Shown here: piece by piece, positions 1-8,504 of the stretch
How the letters are laid out: every line of letters starts with the position of its first letter
How positions within the stretch are numbered: position 1 is the stretch's first letter
NCBI GenBank assembly: GCA_036574205.1
Contig: JAINCQ010000037.1
Coordinates: 68,669-132,668 of the forward strand
Direction of reading: 5' to 3'
From: Elusimicrobiota bacterium
Lineage (GTDB): Bacteria > Elusimicrobiota > Elusimicrobia > Elusimicrobiales > UBA9959
DNA: 64,000 nt
Program-made: the position numbers and the translations under genes
Notes under the pieces: model-generated
Seen by the model: only the letters and a program-made list of their open reading frames with translations
Database searches by the model: none
Told to the model about the DNA's origin: nothing

Positions 1-478
1 TATTACCTTCAAGAATATACTGTGATATCAAAGATTGAATGCAACCAGAGAGGAAAATTATCCCTTTATGATATTTTTCTAGAAGCTCAAAATCTATTCG
101 TGGATGGTAATAAAATCCCTCAATATAAGCCATTGAAAGCATCTCAACTAAATTAAAATAACCTTCATTGTCTTTTACAAGAGCTGTAAGATGTCCCACT
201 TTTTGAGTTGAGTTTTTAGATCTATCTTTTCTGTCATTTTCCGCTATATATAATTCACAGCCTAAAATAGGTTTTAATCCAACTTTTATAGCATTGTTAT
301 AAAATGATATTGCTCCATACATATTACCATGGTCTGTGAAAGCCAGCGCTGGTATTTTCTCTTTTAGAAGTCTGTTTAAAAATCTTGAAGGTTTGCCATC
401 TATCTCTGTAATTCTTAACATTCCATCAAGAAGAGAGTATTCCGAGTGATTGTGGAGATGTATGAATTTTGCCTGCAT
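1..478 (-). CDS. dnaE: DNA polymerase III alpha subunit, N-terminal PHP domain (runs off window edge)
   Basis: Not in the ORF track. The reverse strand from ATG at 478 reads MQAKFIHLHNHSEYSLLDGM...ALAFTDHGNMYGA...KPILGCE, which are classic DnaE PHP motifs. Confidence 0.93.
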   Translation of the reverse strand, partial: MQAKFIHLHNHSEYSLLDGMLRITEIDGKPSRFLNRLLKEKIPALAFTDHGNMYGAISFYNNAIKVGLKPILGCELYIAENDRKDRSKNSTQKVGHLTALVKDNEGYFNLVEMLSMAYIEGFYYHPRIDFELLEKYHKGIIFLSGCIQSLISQYILEGN

Positions 479-625
479 ACATAAATTATATAATAAATAG
501 TCAAACTCGTAAATTTGTTTTTACAAGCTATGATATGGTATAGGCAATAAGGATGATTGGATTTATTAAAATAGAAATTATTTCTTTCTGTTTTTTATTT
601 ATGTTCTATGTTAAAATATATTTGT

Positions 626-1189
626 ATGAAAAAAATTATAGAAAAAAATTATAGAGAAAAAAGAATTTATAAAGGCAAAGCAATATCATTTATGGTTGAT
701 ACTGTCATTTTGCCAAACGGAAAAAAAGCCACCAGAGAATTTATGGACCATCCTGGGGCGGTTGCTGTTTTGGCAGTCAACAAAAAAAATGAAATAATAT
801 TTGTGCAACAATACCGTTATCCTGTAAATAAAATAACTTATGAGATACCTGCTGGAAAGCTCAATTTTAAGGGTGATAACTTTTTAAAAAGAGCAAGAGC
901 TGAGTTAATGGAAGAAACAGGATATACTGCCAGAAGATTAAATCATTTAATAGATTTCTGGCCAACCCCTGCTTTTTCAAATGAGATTTTAAGAATATAT
1001 ATTGCAAGAGATCTTAAAAAGGGGGCTGCATCTCCTGATGAGGATGAATTTTTGAATGTAAAAAAAATAAAAGATGTAGATGCGTTAAAAATGATTAAAA
1101 AAGGAGATATAAAAGATTCTAAAACAATCATAGCAGTTTTCTATTATTTTTTGTTTGTTAAAAAAGTTTCTGATTTATGCGTAAAATAA
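626..1189 (+). CDS. nudF: NUDIX hydrolase, ADP-ribose pyrophosphatase family
   Basis: HPGAVAVL, QYRYP, EIPAG...RAELMEETGY Nudix box, DEDEFL, IKDSKT. Start set at ATG 626 (ORF track starts at 608). Confidence 0.85.
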   Translation: MKKIIEKNYREKRIYKGKAISFMVDTVILPNGKKATREFMDHPGAVAVLAVNKKNEIIFVQQYRYPVNKITYEIPAGKLNFKGDNFLKRARAELMEETGYTARRLNHLIDFWPTPAFSNEILRIYIARDLKKGAASPDEDEFLNVKKIKDVDALKMIKKGDIKDSKTIIAVFYYFLFVKKVSDLCVK

Positions 1190-2478
1190 ATCTTTCTGAT
1201 ATTCCCCATCTTCCAGGCGTTTATATAATGAAGGATATCCATGGACGAATAATATATATAGGCAAAGCAAAAGACCTTAGAAAAAGAGTTGGTTCATATT
1301 TTGGTGAAGGAAGCAAAAATTTTAAAGCTTTTAATATAAGCTTATTTATTCATAGAATAGATTTTATAATTTCAAACAGCGAAAAAGAGGCATTGTTGTT
1401 AGAGAGAAAATTGATAGGCGATATAAAGCCTTTTTTTAACACTGTATGGAAAGATTCAAAATCATATTCGTATCTTGCAATTACGAAGGAGGATTTTCCA
1501 AGGATTTTTTTTACAAGAAATAGAAAAATAAATGCTTATTATTTTGGTCCTTATCCTAAGCTTGAGATTGTAAGGAGGTTTGTAGACGAATTACAATCTA
1601 TAGGCCTTATTAATTTAAGAAGATGCAGATATAATTTTTCGTTTAAAAAACCTCTTAAAAGATCACAATTTGAAAAATGCATATATTATCATACCAAACA
1701 GTGTCCAGCTCCATGTGATGAATTGCGTATTTCAAAGAAGGAATATAAAAAACTTGTTAATAGAGCTATTGATCTTTTTAATGGAAGAAGTAAAAAATTA
1801 ATTGCAGAATTTAAGTCTAAGATGGAAAAAGCAGTAGCAAATCTTGAATATGAAAAAGCAATAAAATATAGAGATTTTATAAAAGCGATAAATCATATAT
1901 ATGAAAGGGTTTCATTATATAAAAGTGATATATGGGATATTGAATCAAAACTAAATATGACTAATACCCTAATTGAACTTAAAAAGATTTTGCATCTTAA
2001 AAAAATTCCATATCATATAGAATCATTTGATATTTCAAATCTTTACAATAAATGGGCAGTAGGTGGATCTGTTTGCTTTATAAATGGAGAAAAAAATTAT
2101 GAGCATTATAGGCGTTATAAAATAAGATTTGATGACTTAAAAGATGGTGGAAATGATTATAAGATGATTTATGAGGTAGTATCAAGAAGGCTTAAGAAAG
2201 CATTGTTAGAGGGTGAAATTCCAGATTTAATCATAATAGATGGTGGCAAAGGCCAGCTATCTATGGCTTTAAAAGCAGCAGATGATATTGGGGTTAAAGT
2301 AGATATTGTATCTATTGCGAAAAAAAATGAAGAGATATATCTTCCCCAATCCAGCAATCCAATAATTCTGCCAAAAGATTCAAAAGAGCTTCTATTTTTG
2401 ATTTCAATCAGGGATGAGACACATAGATTTGCAGTTAGCTATCACAGAAAATTACGAAGTATGGATTTTTTGATATAA
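1177..2478 (+). CDS. uvrC: Excinuclease ABC subunit C (short form, no C-terminal HhH)
   Basis: GIY-YIG (PGVY...IYIGKAKDLRKRV), UVR motif (LEYEKA..YRD), RNase H-like domain (ESFDIS, PDLIIIDGGKGQL, RDETHRFA). Confidence 0.9.
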   Translation: MRKINLSDIPHLPGVYIMKDIHGRIIYIGKAKDLRKRVGSYFGEGSKNFKAFNISLFIHRIDFIISNSEKEALLLERKLIGDIKPFFNTVWKDSKSYSYLAITKEDFPRIFFTRNRKINAYYFGPYPKLEIVRRFVDELQSIGLINLRRCRYNFSFKKPLKRSQFEKCIYYHTKQCPAPCDELRISKKEYKKLVNRAIDLFNGRSKKLIAEFKSKMEKAVANLEYEKAIKYRDFIKAINHIYERVSLYKSDIWDIESKLNMTNTLIELKKILHLKKIPYHIESFDISNLYNKWAVGGSVCFINGEKNYEHYRRYKIRFDDLKDGGNDYKMIYEVVSRRLKKALLEGEIPDLIIIDGGKGQLSMALKAADDIGVKVDIVSIAKKNEEIYLPQSSNPIILPKDSKELLFLISIRDETHRFAVSYHRKLRSMDFLI

Positions 2479-2485
2479 TGCTTGT

Positions 2486-4267
2486 ATGGTAATCTTAGGT
2501 AGTTTTAGAAATATTTCTTTGAGCTTTTTAAATAAAGTAATCTCTAAATTAAATTATTCAAATAGATTTTATAAAATTCCATTTTGTTCTATATATTATT
2601 TGCTTGAAAATGAAGATGAAATCTATTTTGATGAGAAATTACGTGTGGGGGTTATATTTAACGGGGAGTTATATAATTTCTTTGGACAGAAGGTAGCAAA
2701 TACAAATATTTCCAAAAAAATATATTCAATGTATATTGAGAACCAGGTTTTTGAGAAAAAACTAAATGGTTTTTTTAAAATAATTATAATAGATTGGCGT
2801 ATAAAGAATATTATTCTTATTACTGACAGGCTTGGTTTTGGCAGTATGTATTATAGTTTCTGTGATGGATTTTTTTCGGTTTCAACAGAGTTTAGTTTTT
2901 ATTATGATTTTTATCATAATAATTTTGTTGAAAAGCAAATAAATGATAAATTGATTCTGGATTATCTTGTTAATAAGATTGATACTTCTTTATTTTATGG
3001 GAAAACTGTTATAAATAACGTATTTTGTGTGCGTCCTTCAAGCAAAGTTTTTTTAACTTCCAAAGGAATGTTTGAAAAGAAATATTTTATTCCTAAGCTT
3101 AATGATAAAATAGGAAGTTTCAATCCTGCTGATTTTAAAAATAAATCTCTTGAATTTTATGAAATTTTGAAAGATACAGTAAAAGCAAGAATCCCTCAAA
3201 AAGGCAGTTATGGAATTGAACTTTCTGGTGGTATTGATTCAACATCCATTTTATTTGTTATACTTGAGCTTATAAAAAGCGGTGCTAATGACAGGCTGAG
3301 TATATTAAATGTATATCATGAAGATGAAAAAGGGTATATAGATGTGATTGATAGAAAGTTAAAAAGATATGGCTTTTCTTTAACTAAATTAAGTTATAGA
3401 GAACCTGATTTTGAAAAAGTTGTAAGACTTTTGTTAATAAGTTCAAAACTTTACACATCCTATAATTTTCTAAGCAGTTCAATTATCCTCAAAGAAGGAA
3501 AAGAAATGGGAATTAATGTGATGTTTGATGGAGATGGTCCTGATGAAATGATGGGAGGTTATGAGAATAAATACTTTAACCTTTATCTTATGGATTATTA
3601 TAAGGAATTTGGACTAAAAGCTTTTTTAAAAGAATATAAATTTTATAAAGAAAAACTTTTTAATTTTAATCCTACGCTTAAATATAGTAAAAATATAAGT
3701 GATCTTCTTTTCCGGATTGATTATATGAGGCGTTCTCAAATTGATAGATTTGCTGAAAAGATTTTATCACAGCCTTATAAAGGGTATTTTAACGATGATC
3801 TTGTTATGAAAACGCTTACCTCGTCTTTTGTTTTTGATACCTATTATCAAATAGCAGTTGGAAGCGGGATGGAGTTTAAATATCGTCGTCCTTATCTTGA
3901 TAATAAGGTTATTGATTTTATTTTTAGTTTACCTGTTTGTTATAAAATACATAATGGAGTCGGCAAATATATTTTAAAAAGTGCCATACGTTCAAGAATA
4001 CCATTAGAGATAATTTGCAGAGAAAAGTTTGGAGGAATGGTAAATTACAATTTTGTAAAAAATTTTCTTTTAAATAACAAAAATATAATTTTTGAGTTAA
4101 TTAAAGATGGGTATGTGTCAAAATATATAGTTCTAAAACCCTTGATTAAAAACTTTCGATGGTTGATAGACAACAAAAATCCTCATATAATATTGAGAGT
4201 ATTGAATATTGAACTGATTTTAGAAGCATTGAATAAAAAAAGCTTTTATAAAAAATGGGTTGAATGA
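2486..4267 (+). CDS. Asparagine synthetase-like ATP pyrophosphatase (amide ligase/lactam synthetase family) with degenerate glutaminase domain
   Basis: FNGELYN, DRLG, ELSGGIDS PP-loop, GDGPDEMMGGY, RPYLD, KYILK. No N-terminal catalytic Cys. Confidence 0.8.
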   Translation: MVILGSFRNISLSFLNKVISKLNYSNRFYKIPFCSIYYLLENEDEIYFDEKLRVGVIFNGELYNFFGQKVANTNISKKIYSMYIENQVFEKKLNGFFKIIIIDWRIKNIILITDRLGFGSMYYSFCDGFFSVSTEFSFYYDFYHNNFVEKQINDKLILDYLVNKIDTSLFYGKTVINNVFCVRPSSKVFLTSKGMFEKKYFIPKLNDKIGSFNPADFKNKSLEFYEILKDTVKARIPQKGSYGIELSGGIDSTSILFVILELIKSGANDRLSILNVYHEDEKGYIDVIDRKLKRYGFSLTKLSYREPDFEKVVRLLLISSKLYTSYNFLSSSIILKEGKEMGINVMFDGDGPDEMMGGYENKYFNLYLMDYYKEFGLKAFLKEYKFYKEKLFNFNPTLKYSKNISDLLFRIDYMRRSQIDRFAEKILSQPYKGYFNDDLVMKTLTSSFVFDTYYQIAVGSGMEFKYRRPYLDNKVIDFIFSLPVCYKIHNGVGKYILKSAIRSRIPLEIICREKFGGMVNYNFVKNFLLNNKNIIFELIKDGYVSKYIVLKPLIKNFRWLIDNKNPHIILRVLNIELILEALNKKSFYKKWVE

Positions 4268-4587
4268 ATAAAACAAAATTTTTAAAAGAAATTAAAAAAT
4301 ATCCTTTATTTTTTCAAAAAGTCTGGTTTTGTTGTATGAGCATTCCCTGTGGCAAGACCCGAAGTTATAAATGGATAGCTGAAAAAATAGGTCACCCAAA
4401 AGCTTATAGAGCAGTTGCGCTTGCCTTAAAAAGAAATCCTTTTGCCCCATATGTACCCTGTCATAGAGTTATACGATCTGATGGAAAAATTGGTGGATAC
4501 TCCGCAAAAGGTGGAATAAAGAAGAAGAAAGAATTAATTGAGAAAGAAATGTTATTATCCAGAAGGAATAAGAATAAACTCAAATAA
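4264..4587 (+). CDS. ogt: Methylated-DNA-protein-cysteine methyltransferase (MGMT family, C-terminal domain only)
   Basis: IPCGKTRSY, RAVALAL, PCHRV active-site motif, IGGYS. Confidence 0.85.
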   Translation: MNKTKFLKEIKKYPLFFQKVWFCCMSIPCGKTRSYKWIAEKIGHPKAYRAVALALKRNPFAPYVPCHRVIRSDGKIGGYSAKGGIKKKKELIEKEMLLSRRNKNKLK

Positions 4588-5471
4588 AAATTGTGGCTCT
4601 TTTATTTCTCTATTGTCGGATATTATTTTTTTTGTTTTATTTATCTTACTTATAATCTCTTTATCAAGGAAGGTTTTTGGAGCCTGCAGTATTCTTGGAG
4701 TTTCAAGTAAAAATTGAAATCCCTTTTTAGAAAAAATCTTTTTGCACTCAATTGGGGCAAATTCAAAGTCATCTTTAAAAATAAAATATTTTGATAGTAT
4801 TGTTTTTCTTATATAAGCGATTTTTGGTATATACATATTCATAAAGTTGTATATATTTTCACCTCTTTTTATACTTTTTTTGCAGTCATATGAACATGGA
4901 TGCCAGGTAATAAATGGCTCAAAGCTATCCCTTTTTCAAAAAATGGCATATTATCATCAATATATTTTTTTAACATATCCCTTGTTCCATAATTTTCATT
5001 AGGGATCCTTGAATAAAAATTTGTAATATTATTAAGCCAGAAAGGAATGTTTTCTGTTTTTTTAGTTTTTGAGAAAATGTGTTTTATAAGAGGGTAGTAT
5101 CCCTTAAAAGTATTATCCTTCCATATCTTATATTCCTTTACGCAGCAATCAGGATATCCTAAATGAACCCCCCATTCTATAATCTTATTGTTAAGAAACA
5201 TTTTCTTTGCAGCATTCATTCTTTTTAAATTGGTTCCTATAAGTATATCTGAATGTTCTTCCTTAAAAACATTTTTACCATCTTCTTTCATCAAAAGCAT
5301 CTTAAACCCAAACTTATCACAAAGTTCAGTCATGGCTTTCATATCTTCTTTTGTTTGAACTGCCGTATAAACCACATCCTTATCCTGACAAAGAAGCGAT
5401 ACCAGATCGTTTATCTGAATGGTCCTTGGTCTTTTTTCTATAAGATACTTTTTTATCGTTTCTTTATCCAT
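4555..5471 (-). pseudogene. Cys-motif protein (DUF483-like), split by one frameshift
   Basis: ORF 4869-5471 has LGYPDCC. A -1 shift at about 4935 continues RDSFEPFITWHPCSYDCKKSIKRGENIYNF directly into ORF 4555-4842. Confidence 0.6.
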
Positions 5472-5474
5472 TTT

Positions 5475-6470
5475 TTAAAACTCCGATTTTAATCTTCTTG
5501 ACATAAGCGATTTTAACGCATCTTCTGGTTTTTTAGAATGATAGATTACATAATAAACCTCATTTGTTATTGGCATCTCTATTCCGATTTTTTTTGAAAG
5601 TTCATAAACTGCCTTGCTTGTCTTAATACCTTCTGCTATATGAGTTGTATTTTGAATAAATTCTTTTAATTTTTTACCTTTACCTAAGTTATATCCGACT
5701 GAGTAGTTCCTTGAAATTTTTGAGTTACAGGTAAGAAGCAGATCTCCTATTCCACTAAGTCCAAGAAATGTTATATCTTTTGCTCCAAATTTTTTACCAA
5801 ATTTCCTTATTTCGTTTAATCCTCTTGTTATCAATGCAGCTTTTGTATTGTTACCAAGACCAAGTGCGTCGCACATCCCTGCTGCTATTGCAATGACATT
5901 TTTTAATGCTCCAGATAACTCAGTTCCTACAATGTCATCATTTTCATAAACTCTAAAATATTTGCAATTAAGAATTTTCTGTAGTTTTTTCCTTTCAGCT
6001 CTATCTGGTCCAGCTATTGTTGTCGCAGCTGGCATTTTGTTTGCTATTTCTATCGCAAAATTTGGTCCTGAAAGAACATATGTTGGTTTTTTAAATATTT
6101 GGTATAAAATCTCTGACGGCCTTTCAAATGTCTTTAATTCTATTCCTTTTGAAAGACTTAATATAATATTCCCTTTAAATGCTATCCCATATGAAGTAAG
6201 TGTAGTTCTGATATATTGAGTTGGGACTGCATTTATAAGTAATTTAGATTCGCTAATTGCATCGCTTATATTATGTACTGCTTTTAGTTTTTTTGGCAGT
6301 TTTATACCTTTAAGAAAAATCTCGTTTTCGTGTTTTAAATTAATACTGTTTATTACCTCGGCTTCTCTTGCCCATATAACTACATTAAATCCTTTTTCTG
6401 AAAGTATTTTTGCAACAGTTGTTCCCCATGTCCCCGCGCCAATAACTGAAATTTTATTTATTTTACTCAT
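5475..6470 (-). CDS. gpsA: NAD(P)H-dependent glycerol-3-phosphate dehydrogenase
   Basis: GAGTWGT, SKGIE, LSGPNFA, GALKNVIAIAAG, GLSGIGDLLLTC, SRN. Confidence 0.95.
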   Translation of the reverse strand: MSKINKISVIGAGTWGTTVAKILSEKGFNVVIWAREAEVINSINLKHENEIFLKGIKLPKKLKAVHNISDAISESKLLINAVPTQYIRTTLTSYGIAFKGNIILSLSKGIELKTFERPSEILYQIFKKPTYVLSGPNFAIEIANKMPAATTIAGPDRAERKKLQKILNCKYFRVYENDDIVGTELSGALKNVIAIAAGMCDALGLGNNTKAALITRGLNEIRKFGKKFGAKDITFLGLSGIGDLLLTCNSKISRNYSVGYNLGKGKKLKEFIQNTTHIAEGIKTSKAVYELSKKIGIEMPITNEVYYVIYHSKKPEDALKSLMSRRLKSEF

Positions 6471-6516
6471 AAAACTATTATATAAAATATGATTAATTAA
6501 AAACCTTAATTGAATA

Positions 6517-7128
6517 TTAGCCTTTTATATATTTTATGTAATCCTGACGAGTATCTATGTCTTTTAATATATTTTTATCTGATACAACCAAATCCATTAC
6601 CTTAACCTTCGGATGATGTGTTACCCAGTGCAACCCTTTTTTATATGGCGCATTAATAATGAGGGAAAGGTATTTAGCTGGTATTATTATTGGGTGCCCG
6701 CGTTTGAAATAAAAATTATCTTTTCCCTCCTGTATTTTTACTTTTGGAATTATTATAGAATTTTTATTTTTTTTATAAAAATTTATTATTTTTTTATAAG
6801 TTGATAATTTTATTAAAGGCTGGTCTACAAGATTTATCATAATTGGAGTTTTAATATTTTTTGATTGTAAATATCTAACTGCAACTTTAAGCGAATTAAG
6901 TTGCTTTGAAAAATATTTAGGATTTAAAAGGATAATTGCATTTTCTATATTTAAAGAAGTTATCTTTTTTATATTTTGTTTTCCAGCTACTATTATGAGT
7001 TTATCTGAAACTTTTCTTAACTTCAGGGATATTTCTTCAATAAATGTTTTGTCTTTTATTTTTAATAATGCTTTATCTTTTTCTCCCATTCTTAGAGATT
7101 TTCCAGCTGCAAGTATTATGGAAATCAT
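6517..7128 (-). CDS. MocA/MobA-like nucleotidyltransferase
   Basis: ILAAGKSLRMG, LVDQP, GHP, DIDT motifs; lies in a purine-catabolism operon. Confidence 0.8.
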   Translation of the reverse strand: MISIILAAGKSLRMGEKDKALLKIKDKTFIEEISLKLRKVSDKLIIVAGKQNIKKITSLNIENAIILLNPKYFSKQLNSLKVAVRYLQSKNIKTPIMINLVDQPLIKLSTYKKIINFYKKNKNSIIIPKVKIQEGKDNFYFKRGHPIIIPAKYLSLIINAPYKKGLHWVTHHPKVKVMDLVVSDKNILKDIDTRQDYIKYIKG

Positions 7129-7129
7129 C

Positions 7130-8491
7130 TTATATTTTTGAGATTATTTTATTTACTATTTTATCAGCTTGATGTCTTAAATTTTCTTCATCTATCGTAG
7201 TTAACCTACCGTCTTTTACAATTATTTTTCCATTAACAATCGTATATTTAGCTTTCTGAGAAATTCCACAAAAAAGGGTGGAGGCTATTGTATCATAAGT
7301 AGAACCAGCATATTCAATTCCGCTTAAATCAAATATGGCTATATCCGCAGCTTTACCAACAGATATTTCTCCTATATCATTTCTCCCCAAAACAGTTGCT
7401 CCACCTTTAGTTGCAAGATATAAAGCATCTTTAACAGGCATTGAGGCAACTCCATCCTTAACCCTTGAGACGAGCATAGCCATTCTTGCTTCCATAAGCG
7501 CATTTGAGGTGTCATTTGAAGCTGAACCATCAACTCCTATTGAAACTGGAACTTTATGTTTTAAGAACATTCTTATTGGGGCAATTCCAGAACCAAGCCT
7601 TAAATTAGAGGAAGGGCAGTGTGAAACTCCAGTATTTGTTTTTCCCATCTTTTTGGCTTCTTCTTCATTTATATATACGCAGTGAGCAAACCATGAATTT
7701 CCATTTTCAACCCATCCTACGCTTTCCATATATTCAAGTGGCTTCATTTTATAAACTTTTAAACAATATTCTTCTTCATCAATTGTTTCAGCAAGATGTG
7801 TGTGCATCTTTACCCCCCATTTTCTTGCCATTTCAGCCGTTAGTTTAAGAAGCTCAGTAGTTACTGAAAATGGTGAACACGGGGCAAGAGCTACCTGGGT
7901 CATAGCAAATTTTTCATTTGAGTGATATTTTTTTACAACTCTTTCTGAGTCCTTCATAATTGTGTTTTCATCCTGTATTACATCATCTGGAGGAAGCCCA
8001 CCTTTACTTTTTCCTCTGCTCATAGAACCTCTTGTAGCAACAAATCTTAAACCGACTTCTTTTGCAGATTCTATTTCTCTATCTATTAAAAATTTAGATG
8101 ATTTTTTTGGAAAAAGGTATAGATGATCTGAGGTTGTTGTGCATCCTGTTAATGCAAGCTCTGAAAGTCCTACTTTCGTTGAAATATCAACCCATTCCTC
8201 ATCAAGGTTTCTCCATATTTCGTATAAAAAAACAAGCCAATCAAAGAGCTTTGCATCTTGAACGGCCGGAATATTTCTTGTAAGTGTTTGAAATAGATGG
8301 TGATGTGTATTAACAAATCCTGGCAAAACCACACAGTTTTTTGCGTTTATAATATAATCTGCGTTTGCTTTTATATTTTTACCTATTTTCTTAATTTCTG
8401 GACCTTCTATATATATATCACAATTTTTTAATTCTCTTTTTTTATCATCAGCGCAAAATATATCACCGTTTTTTATTAATATAGATTTCAT
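7130..8491 (-). CDS. Metal-dependent amidohydrolase, 8-oxoguanine deaminase/AtzB-like
   Basis: PGFVNTHHHLFQ, APCSPFSV, HTHLAET, AHCV, HCPSSNLRLGSG, GVDGSASND. Confidence 0.85.
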   Translation of the reverse strand: MKSILIKNGDIFCADDKKRELKNCDIYIEGPEIKKIGKNIKANADYIINAKNCVVLPGFVNTHHHLFQTLTRNIPAVQDAKLFDWLVFLYEIWRNLDEEWVDISTKVGLSELALTGCTTTSDHLYLFPKKSSKFLIDREIESAKEVGLRFVATRGSMSRGKSKGGLPPDDVIQDENTIMKDSERVVKKYHSNEKFAMTQVALAPCSPFSVTTELLKLTAEMARKWGVKMHTHLAETIDEEEYCLKVYKMKPLEYMESVGWVENGNSWFAHCVYINEEEAKKMGKTNTGVSHCPSSNLRLGSGIAPIRMFLKHKVPVSIGVDGSASNDTSNALMEARMAMLVSRVKDGVASMPVKDALYLATKGGATVLGRNDIGEISVGKAADIAIFDLSGIEYAGSTYDTIASTLFCGISQKAKYTIVNGKIIVKDGRLTTIDEENLRHQADKIVNKIISKI

Positions 8492-8504
8492 AATATCTCC
8501 ATTG

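Noticed and set aside
2486..4267. Lasso peptide cluster
   Set aside because: No B1/B2 proteins or lasso-type precursor nearby.
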